Virus genome (UHGV): UHGV-0874476
Source: a virus
Reading direction: 5' to 3' (one strand)
Length of the DNA: 13,335 nt
The notes under the pieces were generated by a model. The model was not told the origin of the DNA, searched no databases, and worked only from the letters and a program-made list of their open reading frames with translations. Shown piece after piece: positions 7,723-13,335 of the stretch (positions within the stretch are counted from its first letter, which is position 1; each line of letters starts with the position of its first letter). The translations under genes and the position numbers were made by a program.

Positions 7723-7799
7723 TTGCCCTGAGTGGATTCGAACCACCGACAGCACGCCAGTTCATGTGTACGCTGCTCTACCAACTGAGCTACAGGGCA
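7723..7799 (-). tRNA. tRNA-like gene with canonical acceptor, D-arm and T-arm but non-canonical anticodon arm; identity undetermined, possibly pseudo-tRNA
   Basis: minus strand UGCCCUG-UA-GCUC-AGUUGGUA-GAGC ... GGUGG-UUCGAAU-CCACU-CAGGGCA-A; the 26 nt between D-arm and T-arm cannot form a 5-bp stem with 7-nt loop. Confidence 0.45.
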
Positions 7800-7912
7800 A
7801 ACCTTTTGATTTCGTAAACCGCCTATAATCCTCGGAAATCGTCAGAACTCCATGACGTTCCTTACCTCCAAACTAGGTTTTTAAAGCGCTTTATGGCTTT
7901 TACTTCCGCTTT

Positions 7913-7970
7913 GACATATGGATTGCTCGTCAGCAAATTACGCTCCGGATACCAGAGATCACCATATGTC
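7913..7970 (-). other. 58-nt three-way-junction structured element immediately 3' of tRNA-Thr
   Basis: minus strand GACAUAUGG...CCAUAUGUC (9-bp closing stem) enclosing hairpins CUCUGG-UAU-CCGGAG (one G-U) and UUGCU-GACG-AGCAA. Confidence 0.35.
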
Positions 7971-7972
7971 AG

Positions 7973-8044
7973 AGCCAGAAACCGGACTCGAACCGACAAT
8001 ATCAGCATTACAAGTACTGCGTTCTACCATTGAACTATTCTGGC
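7973..8044 (-). tRNA. tRNA-Thr (anticodon UGU)
   Basis: hand-folded cloverleaf: acceptor GCCAGAA/UUCUGGC, U8 A9, D-stem GUUC/GAAC, anticodon stem CAGUA/UGCUG, loop CUUGUAA, T-arm GUCGG-UUCGAGU-CCGGU, 72 nt. Confidence 0.88.
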
Positions 8045-8296
8045 TACTTAATAAACACCAGTAAACGCTATGCGAAAACCGGATTCCTTTTCTGAACCTG
8101 TCAGATAGGTAAAATATTCCCTTATAAAACCACTTGTCCAACTTATTTACCATACAGGTGTGGCACTAATAATTTACTTCCAGGAATCTTCCAGAATTAC
8201 CGACTACTGCTAATCACGGTCTATGGTCTTATCTCTCTGGAGAAGTTTTTTGCAAGGTTCTTCAGCAGGTATAAGTTGCCTTGCTATATGGAAAAG

Positions 8297-8369
8297 TACA
8301 GGGAGTAGGAGTCGAACCCACAATCGCTGGATATAAGCCAGGTGCAACGTACCGCATCACCTTCCCTGC
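8297..8369 (-). tRNA. probable tRNA, anticodon tentatively UAU (Ile, decoding AUA); atypical A8, weak D-stem, G1-U72
   Basis: acceptor GCAGGGA/UCCCUGU, anticodon stem CUGG/CCAG with loop CUUAUAU, T-arm GUGGG-UUCGACU-CCUAC, 73 nt. Confidence 0.5.
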
Positions 8370-8533
8370 AAAACGGCATTTCTGCCGTTAGCAACATGTT
8401 TTTCGTGCTATGCCTAAGCGCTAGGAAATATTTTCTATTTCCAAAACCTCCCGGCACTTGTGACGCACCTTTAATCAGCTCTCCGCTAGGAGGTTCTAGT
8501 ATAAAGGAGGTCTATCAAAAAAATGATAACAAA

Positions 8534-8605
8534 CGGGGATTGTAGGATTCGAACCTACGTATGCAAGAGTCAAAATCTTGTGTGTTTCCTCTTCACCAAA
8601 TCCCT
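8534..8605 (-). tRNA. tRNA-Gln (anticodon UUG)
   Basis: hand-folded cloverleaf: acceptor AGGGAUU/AAUCCCC (A1-C72 mismatch), 3-bp D-stem, anticodon stem CAAGA/UCUUG, loop UUUUGAC, T-arm GUAGG-UUCGAAU-CCUAC, discriminator G, 72 nt. Confidence 0.88.
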
Positions 8606-9098
8606 ATACTACGTTGCGATAAAAAGTACGATTCATAATATTTATAATTGTTGTTTTTGAAACCCCATAAACTTCCGCGATTCTCCTAGTTGATGTTTTC
8701 CCTTTTTGTTCTCTTATAAAACGAACATCTTTTTCCGTAAGTTTTCTGTTATTATATAATTCATTTTTTTTGCTTTCTTCAATCAAATGATATTTTGTAT
8801 TTTCCTTTGGTGTTACCCACTCTAAATTATCAACATAAGGATTTTTCTTATTTTCGTCTTTATGATGCACTATTTTCTTATTGTCATGATTCGGAATAAA
8901 CGTTTCAGCAACCGCCTTGTGAACTCTAATTCCTTTCACTGCTCCTCTTTTTCCAAGCGGTATATACACCATTAAGTAACCAGCCTTATTAACATTAAAT
9001 TTGTATATACGATTTGTCTTTAAATTTTTAATATTTCCATTTGTATCAATAACAAAATCCGCATATTCAATTCCCCCATATACCATAGTTTTAAACAT
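8604..9098 (-). CDS. HNH homing endonuclease-like protein (N-terminal NUMOD4-like segment, HNH_3-like core, C-terminal helix-turn-helix)
   Basis: motifs GIEYADFVIDTNGNIKNL and HHKDENKKNPYVDNLEWVTPKENTKYH; ATG 9098 preceded by AAAGGAG; stop codon overlaps first nucleotides of tRNA-Gln; ORF-track start 9173 is TTG without RBS. Confidence 0.75.
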   Translation of the reverse strand: MFKTMVYGGIEYADFVIDTNGNIKNLKTNRIYKFNVNKAGYLMVYIPLGKRGAVKGIRVHKAVAETFIPNHDNKKIVHHKDENKKNPYVDNLEWVTPKENTKYHLIEESKKNELYNNRKLTEKDVRFIREQKGKTSTRRIAEVYGVSKTTIINIMNRTFYRNVV

Positions 9099-9213
9099 AA
9101 TGCCACATTCTCCTTTACTGCGGATATTCCCAGTTTTATTCTCCGAATACCCCATTGTGCTTTTTCTTTGCAACCATTCTCTTCTGAACTCATAGCCTGA
9201 CAGGGCAAAATTT

Positions 9214-9378
9214 CTAATACCACATGCAAAACATATTCATCACAAAAAGTACATGGAGTATCCAGAAACCAAGCATTGATTCTTTTCCATTTCTGTGATA
9301 GGTCTCCCACATATAATAAATAAAAATTGCCATCATAATGACGTCGAAAGTAGTTGTCACGATTTTTAATGCATACAT
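9214..9378 (-). CDS. possible 54-aa membrane mini-protein (two hydrophobic segments)
   Basis: ATG 9378 preceded by GGAG ~11 nt upstream; sequence MYALKIVTTTFDVIMMAIFIYYMWETYHRNGKESMLGFWILHVLFVMNMFCMWY. Confidence 0.4.
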   Translation of the reverse strand: MYALKIVTTTFDVIMMAIFIYYMWETYHRNGKESMLGFWILHVLFVMNMFCMWY

Positions 9379-9382
9379 CTTA

Positions 9383-9520
9383 TTATTCAGCTCCTTTTTT
9401 ATAGCACTTAATTCCAAAATCAATAATTTTAACAATCGCCAAGAATCCAACTAACGCAAAATATAATGTAGGTGCTTCGATTATCTTTCCAATCCACCAT
9501 AATAATGCTAATATAATCAT
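9383..9520 (-). CDS. possible 45-aa single-pass membrane mini-protein
   Basis: ATG 9520 directly follows stop of upstream gene (TAAATG); MIILALLWWIGKIIEAPTLYFALVGFLAIVKIIDFGIKCYKKGAE; below ORF-track cutoff, hand-translated. Confidence 0.35.
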   Translation of the reverse strand: MIILALLWWIGKIIEAPTLYFALVGFLAIVKIIDFGIKCYKKGAE

Positions 9521-9706
9521 TTACTTCTCTTCTCCAATCAAATAGTCCAGAATCTTTCTAGCGACCTCTTCCTCTGGCTCAAACGGCAATCCGCAGCACC
9601 AATGTTCCTTCAATGCGCTGGCAATGCTGGCAGAAAATCCGTTATACAGGAAATCGTGCTTCAGAAGTTCATTCCTCAAAATGGTTATTGCCTTCTTAGT
9701 CTGCAT
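9521..9706 (-). CDS. hypothetical small protein (61 aa)
   Basis: ATG 9706; 11-nt overlap with upstream gene; weak SD. Confidence 0.45.
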   Translation of the reverse strand: MQTKKAITILRNELLKHDFLYNGFSASIASALKEHWCCGLPFEPEEEVARKILDYLIGEEK

Positions 9707-10274
9707 TTTCGTGTTCGCCTGTAATCAGTTCATGATATGGCAATGTTTCAATCCATTTACAGAAATCACGCCATTCTGGAAGGCGATGATTCTTTCTCTG
9801 TGCGTATATGGTTTTTAACTGCTGATAGTTTGTTGTAATTCCGGCAGTAAGAATTGTTCCTGTCGGGCAATTATAAAGTAGAGCCAGGTAATCTTCCGGT
9901 TCTTTGGTCGCATTGTAAACTGCTTTAAGCCGGTTCATTTCATTTTTAGTGTTATCTGTAACATACCTGCAGAAGCATTCATCATAATTCATTGAACTAA
10001 GTCTGTGCATTGTAGACTGGGAAGACACGATGTCGAACCAATGATATCGCTCAGCTTCTGTCCAGGCTTTAACTGTAAACGATAAATCAAACTGAACTAC
10101 TATCCCCTTTAAGAAATTATCATGCCCACTGCCTTTTTCAGCAGTTCCAAGCTTCTTTACTGTTTTAGTATAGTCTGCACTGCACTTATCAGAATCTACC
10201 GACATCGGGAATTTTGAAACCCTGAAGCTATTTTCTAAGCCGTAAACGCTGACATTGCTAACAATATTCTTCAT
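9696..10274 (-). CDS. hypothetical protein (192 aa); weak, unverified resemblance to ThyX-type flavin-dependent thymidylate synthase fold without the RHR motif
   Basis: ATG 10274 preceded by GGAGAGG SD; segment GSGHDNFLKGIVVQFDLSFTVKAWTEAERYH recalls the ThyX HGHxxxFEHxxxTF...W..RHR region, but the RHR signature is replaced. Confidence 0.6.
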   Translation of the reverse strand: MKNIVSNVSVYGLENSFRVSKFPMSVDSDKCSADYTKTVKKLGTAEKGSGHDNFLKGIVVQFDLSFTVKAWTEAERYHWFDIVSSQSTMHRLSSMNYDECFCRYVTDNTKNEMNRLKAVYNATKEPEDYLALLYNCPTGTILTAGITTNYQQLKTIYAQRKNHRLPEWRDFCKWIETLPYHELITGEHENAD

Positions 10275-10596
10275 TCTTAAACCTCTCCATTTCGTTCACA
10301 CTCATTCCGACAATACCAGCGCTCTCCGAACTATCTGTCGCCCGAAAATGTGCTTTCGGATGCTGAGGATACATATACTCAAACATGGCATAGTTTGCAA
10401 TATCACAAAGATAATCCCCATTTCCAGTTTCTTTGTATTTCTGCAAGCATTTTTCCAATGTTGGAATAGCATGTACATTTCCTCTGCCGAAATTCTGTGC
10501 CGCCGGGCCATATTTGTAGTAGCTTACCTCAACACGATTCCGGCGAAGCTCATCGAACCTGGTACTGTATTCTTTTGACATATCCAGTTTACTCAT
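10258..10596 (-). CDS. hypothetical protein (112 aa from ATG 10596)
   Basis: ATG 10596 preceded by GAGGAG at 7 nt; ORF-track start 10641 lacks RBS. Confidence 0.55.
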   Translation of the reverse strand: MSKLDMSKEYSTRFDELRRNRVEVSYYKYGPAAQNFGRGNVHAIPTLEKCLQKYKETGNGDYLCDIANYAMFEYMYPQHPKAHFRATDSSESAGIVGMSVNEMERFKNEEYC

Positions 10597-10678
10597 TTTC
10601 TTTCTCCTCAAATAATCTGCACTCCTGGCAGTAACCATCATATGCTACATCGGCACACATTTCGGAATCGCCATTAAA

Positions 10679-10897
10679 TCAAATCCATGTGAAATCGTCT
10701 CTCCACTTACAAGAACCCTGGATAAAATCTTCTAATCGCTGTTTTGTTTCCAGTTTCCTTTTCCTGTTTTTATGAATCCGATTCCCATGACACCAACTAC
10801 AGCTGCCATGATTCCGGCAGGTTGCGTCAATGGCTTTTGCACCACGGTACGGCTTGCGGTGTTCTTTTCTGAATTGGATGGATTTATCTAGGCTCAT
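10679..10897 (-). CDS. hypothetical basic Cys/His-rich small protein (start uncertain)
   Basis: motif ATCRNHGSCSWCHGNRIH; N-terminal part of the ORF-track call overlaps the upstream gene, so internal ATG 10897 was chosen. Confidence 0.4.
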   Translation of the reverse strand: MSLDKSIQFRKEHRKPYRGAKAIDATCRNHGSCSWCHGNRIHKNRKRKLETKQRLEDFIQGSCKWRDDFTWI

Positions 10898-11114
10898 CTG
10901 ACAGTTTTCCCCCGCAGAATGGGCAATAATTAATTTCTTTCTCTGCGATTGTTTCATCATCAATCTGTGCCATTAATTTATTTCCCTCTATCATTAAATA
11001 CCCCGTCATCTTTGTTCCGAAAATCATATGACTGTTTCCAGTGATGATTTTTCCATCTTCGCAACAATATTTGCACATAAAATTAGCCCTCCATTTCTGA
11101 AAACGCATATTCAC
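10884..11114 (-). CDS. hypothetical zinc-ribbon-like small protein (CKYCC ... CPFCGG)
   Basis: GTG 11114 or ATG 11108 start; paired CxxC motifs at both ends. Confidence 0.4.
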   Translation of the reverse strand: MNMRFQKWRANFMCKYCCEDGKIITGNSHMIFGTKMTGYLMIEGNKLMAQIDDETIAEKEINYCPFCGGKLSDEPR

Positions 11115-11421
11115 TCATTACATTATCAACAAATCGAATATTACACGGTTCAACCTCATGCACCGTACCGTCCTCATATTCCACAATCGCAAAGGTGGAA
11201 GAAAACTGTCCTGCCGAATGACCGCCACGCAAATATGATTCTCCTACAATCTCTGAACGATGTGGCCAACAATGGAATAATGCCTTAACATCTTTTTCTG
11301 GCTCAACTACTTCCCGATAAACACTGAGGTCTTGTCTCCTTTTTCTCGTAACTACCGGAATATGTACAATACATGGTCTGTAATCAATACCAATTGTGTT
11401 TTTTCTGTCCACTGCTGCCAT
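11083..11421 (-). CDS. hypothetical protein (112 aa from ATG 11421)
   Basis: ATG 11421 preceded by AGGAG at 5 nt; ORF-track start 11436 overlaps upstream stop but has no SD. Confidence 0.55.
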   Translation of the reverse strand: MAAVDRKNTIGIDYRPCIVHIPVVTRKRRQDLSVYREVVEPEKDVKALFHCWPHRSEIVGESYLRGGHSAGQFSSTFAIVEYEDGTVHEVEPCNIRFVDNVMSEYAFSEMEG

Positions 11422-11432
11422 ATAAGCTCCTA

Positions 11433-11696
11433 TCATAAATATCTAAATGGTGTTGCGATAATATCCAATATTTGAAATGGCAAAAGTAAAATAAATTCTA
11501 AAAACAATTTACCCAGATATTTCCAATCAGATTTTTTCAGCTTATCGTGGTGTTTACATATTCTGTGTGCTACCCATAGCACCTCGCCCCACCATTCAAT
11601 ATACATTTGGTTAAACCAATGGCCTTTTATGCTAAATGTTTTATTGCAATCCTTACAATGAAATTCGTGTTTCGTAATCATATCTGCACCAATCAT
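11433..11696 (-). CDS. hypothetical protein with N-terminal CxxC and hydrophobic C-terminus (87 aa)
   Basis: ATG 11696 after a 100-bp AT-rich intergenic region; no clear SD. Confidence 0.45.
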   Translation of the reverse strand: MIGADMITKHEFHCKDCNKTFSIKGHWFNQMYIEWWGEVLWVAHRICKHHDKLKKSDWKYLGKLFLEFILLLPFQILDIIATPFRYL

Positions 11697-11796
11697 AAAT
11701 TGTCTTTTTTACTTGTTTTTAAAAATTTTTTGAATTGGAATTTATGAGCGAATTGCTCTCTTTTGTGAATTATGGGCTTCAGCCCTCTTTTGTAGA

Positions 11797-12111
11797 TTAT
11801 CTTGAATATTTCTCTCGAAATGCTTTTCTCTCTTTTGTTTGATTTATTGCTTCATTTAAAATTTTTTCCTGTTCATCTAAGTTTCCATCACAACAGGAGT
11901 AAGAAACTTTTCCATCTTTTGAAATAACAATCTTATTCTTCAAATCATACAGTTCCTTGTTTCGTTTATACTCTTGGTACATAATGATGTATTTTGATAG
12001 TTTTAAAAATCCGTCTAACAATTCTAAAATCCACCACATTACTGTTAAAATTATAACTGTCAAGCCGATTATAACCAACAAATCAAATAATGTGTTTTTT
12101 ATTAGTTCCAT
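11797..12111 (-). CDS. hypothetical membrane-anchored protein (104 aa from ATG 12111)
   Basis: ATG 12111 preceded by GAGG at 6 nt; N-terminal hydrophobic helix LFDLLVIIGLTVIILTVMWWILELL. Confidence 0.55.
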   Translation of the reverse strand: MELIKNTLFDLLVIIGLTVIILTVMWWILELLDGFLKLSKYIIMYQEYKRNKELYDLKNKIVISKDGKVSYSCCDGNLDEQEKILNEAINQTKERKAFREKYSR

Positions 12112-12185
12112 TTCAAACCTCAATAGAAAATATTTTGATTGCTGTCATGTAAAACTCCTTTTTGTTTTTTGAGAAAAAATTTGGA

Positions 12186-12539
12186 TCACTTCTTTTCAAA
12201 ATAAAATTTTACCGGAGCATCATTTTCTTTTACAATTCCGAAGTTCTTCGCAAGACGATAAATGAAATTCTTTTCTAATCTTTCATGCAAAGTCTGTAAT
12301 CTTTCCCGAAATTTTTCAATCGTATAAGTCGATTTGTAAAAATTACACATTCTACAAGCCGGATTGTAGTTTTCAATATCATTCGCTCCATTATGCCAGT
12401 AAAGAGGATTGATGTGATCTACCTGCATGTCCTTGTATTCCAGTTCACAACCGCAATAGGCACAATGTCCAGAATATTTGTTATATACCTGAATCCGTAT
12501 TGGTTTTGGAATTGGTTTTCGTTTTTTCTGTTCTTGCAT
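12186..12539 (-). CDS. HNH endonuclease (117 aa)
   Basis: classic HNH motif CAYCG...DHINP...N...CRMCN; ATG 12539 preceded by GGAG at 6 nt, 1 nt after upstream stop. Confidence 0.8.
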   Translation of the reverse strand: MQEQKKRKPIPKPIRIQVYNKYSGHCAYCGCELEYKDMQVDHINPLYWHNGANDIENYNPACRMCNFYKSTYTIEKFRERLQTLHERLEKNFIYRLAKNFGIVKENDAPVKFYFEKK

Positions 12540-12540
12540 A

Positions 12541-12834
12541 TTAATCTCCACTGATGTAAATGAAATCCGCATTTCTAAAACTCACATTCGGAAACATGTT
12601 TACAGCCACATTACACAAGGCAATAAACAAATCGCCTCTGTCATCTACAGTCTTAACTTTTCCATTTGTACCCTTGCAAACTATATTCTGCCCAGAAGCG
12701 TCTTTGGTTATAAAATAATCTGATTCATCGTTTAAGATAAAATCCATCGAAAGTGTTTTGCAAAGAATCCGAAATGCTTCTTCTGGTTCTATGTCAATAT
12801 TAAATGTTTGTTTTGATGTAACGTCAACTAACAT
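12541..12834 (-). CDS. hypothetical protein (97 aa); shares an identical 18-aa / 55-nt segment with the upstream gene
   Basis: ATG 12834 preceded by GAGGAA at 5 nt; C-terminal RGDLFIALCNVAVNMFPN encoded by repeat copy 12585-12639. Confidence 0.55.
   Translation of the reverse strand: MLVDVTSKQTFNIDIEPEEAFRILCKTLSMDFILNDESDYFITKDASGQNIVCKGTNGKVKTVDDRGDLFIALCNVAVNMFPNVSFRNADFIYISGD
12585..12639. repeat. direct repeat copy 1 (55 bp, identical to 13281-13335)
   Basis: cattcggaaacatgtttacagccacattacacaaggcaataaacaaatcgcctct; flanks diverge on the left. Confidence 0.9.
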
Positions 12835-12843
12835 GTTGGTTCC

Positions 12844-13335
12844 TCATTTCGCTTCTGTCATATCATCTACCAGTTTGACCGTATTCTTCATGGCTGTTTC
12901 CAGAATCTCTGGCGTAATTTCTAGTCCTCTGATTTCTCCGCTTCTGGTTTTCCCAGCGCATACACAATCCACAATCATTTCAATCACATCCAACAGGTTT
13001 ACATCTTCCGGACATCTGGAAAGCAAGTGATGCCTTTCGGTATTAGCATGATACTGATACCATTTCCCAGATACAAAATCTATTCCGCCAGCCATAGTTT
13101 CAAGAAAGTCATCGTAGAGCATCTTTTCTTCTGTTTTCTTCGTCCAATCATGTTTCTCTCCGTTTTCACAGAACATAGTTCCAATCTCATCCATTACTGC
13201 CCTTACATCTGCAATATGGCTGTCGTTTGCTTCCTGAAATTGCTTAAAGTTAATTCCTTTCGGAGCTGTTCTTGTGTCTCCATTCGGAAACATGTTTACA
13301 GCCACATTACACAAGGCAATAAACAAATCGCCTCT
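12844..13335 (-). CDS. hypothetical protein, 5'-truncated by window edge (at least 160 aa)
   Basis: frame is open to window end; ORF-track M at 13326 is a TTG inside the repeat; stop TGA at 12844-12846 sits in the SD of the next gene. Confidence 0.6.
   Translation of the reverse strand, partial: RGDLFIALCNVAVNMFPNGDTRTAPKGINFKQFQEANDSHIADVRAVMDEIGTMFCENGEKHDWTKKTEEKMLYDDFLETMAGGIDFVSGKWYQYHANTERHHLLSRCPEDVNLLDVIEMIVDCVCAGKTRSGEIRGLEITPEILETAMKNTVKLVDDMTEAK
13281..13335. repeat. direct repeat copy 2 (at least 55 bp, truncated by window end)
   Basis: exact match to 12585-12639 at offset 696 bp. Confidence 0.9.

Noticed and set aside
7913-7970. Hammerhead ribozyme (a CUGACGA match to the CUGANGA core)
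   Set aside because: No GAAA core strand in the required position and the helix arrangement does not fit hammerhead topology; the match sits inside a hairpin loop
7616-8545. ORFs 7616-7828 (+), 7959-8153 (-), 8342-8545 (+) in the tRNA island
   Set aside because: They run across hand-folded tRNAs and structured elements and have no RBS; the region is better explained as RNA genes
7400-8605. Possible CRISPR array suggested by recurring ggatttgaacc / ggattcgaacc motifs
   Set aside because: Motifs are tRNA T-arm sequences, irregularly spaced (80-330 bp), not identical, and no cas genes are present
7400-8605. Prophage attachment site at a tRNA 3' end
   Set aside because: No integrase or recombinase gene nearby and no duplicated tRNA 3' segment flanking the region; the tRNA fragments look like array decay rather than att sites
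12113-12148. 11-codon upstream ORF (MTAIKIFSIEV) with good SD ending 1 nt before the 11797-12111 gene
   Set aside because: Too short to support without conservation or ribosome profiling; noted only as a possible leader peptide
5390-13030. Overlapping or antisense ORFs in the accessory region (5390-5746, 5511-5798, 6210-6392, 6547-6849, 7061-7282, 7072-7254, 9001-9195, 9020-9310, 9624-9818, 10255-10578, 10302-10511, 11028-11288, 11957-12172, 12758-13030)
   Set aside because: Each is antisense to or frame-shifted within a better-supported minus-strand gene with RBS and coupling; treated as spurious
4475-13326. Longer N-terminal extensions given by the ORF track (starts at 4945, 5550, 6867, 9173, 9450, 10641, 10963, 11436, 12123, 12572, 13326)
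   Set aside because: These starts lack an SD or are internal TTG/GTG codons; internal ATG codons with canonical SD at 5-11 nt were preferred
12585-13335. Diversity-generating retroelement (template/variable repeat pair)
   Set aside because: The two copies are identical with no adenine-specific substitutions, only 55 bp long, and no reverse transcriptase gene is in the window

Overview
This window looks like a phage or prophage segment from a low-GC host with strong Shine-Dalgarno sites (Firmicutes-like), almost entirely transcribed on the minus strand. All calls are by eye from the sequence and ORF track; no searches or folding were run, so homology statements are from memory. Reading the minus strand from 13335 down: small accessory genes (including an HNH endonuclease, two mini membrane proteins and a possible ThyX-like protein), a homing-type HNH endonuclease at 8604-9098, then a 1.2 kb RNA-rich island at 7400-8605. 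That island holds two canonical tRNAs (Gln-UUG, Thr-UGU), one probable tRNA (tentatively Ile-UAU), and several tRNA-like elements that do not fold as cloverleafs. Next come a translationally coupled operon of nine small, often Cys-rich proteins (7372-5122), two small lipoproteins, the terminase large subunit, a small TTG-start gene, a terminator, and a putative portal gene. Two plus-strand ORFs converge on the portal at the left edge. No CRISPR array, integrase, reverse transcriptase or known defense system was recognised. The most unusual content is the tRNA island with its non-canonical elements and a 55-bp identical repeat linking two tandem paralogous genes at the right edge.
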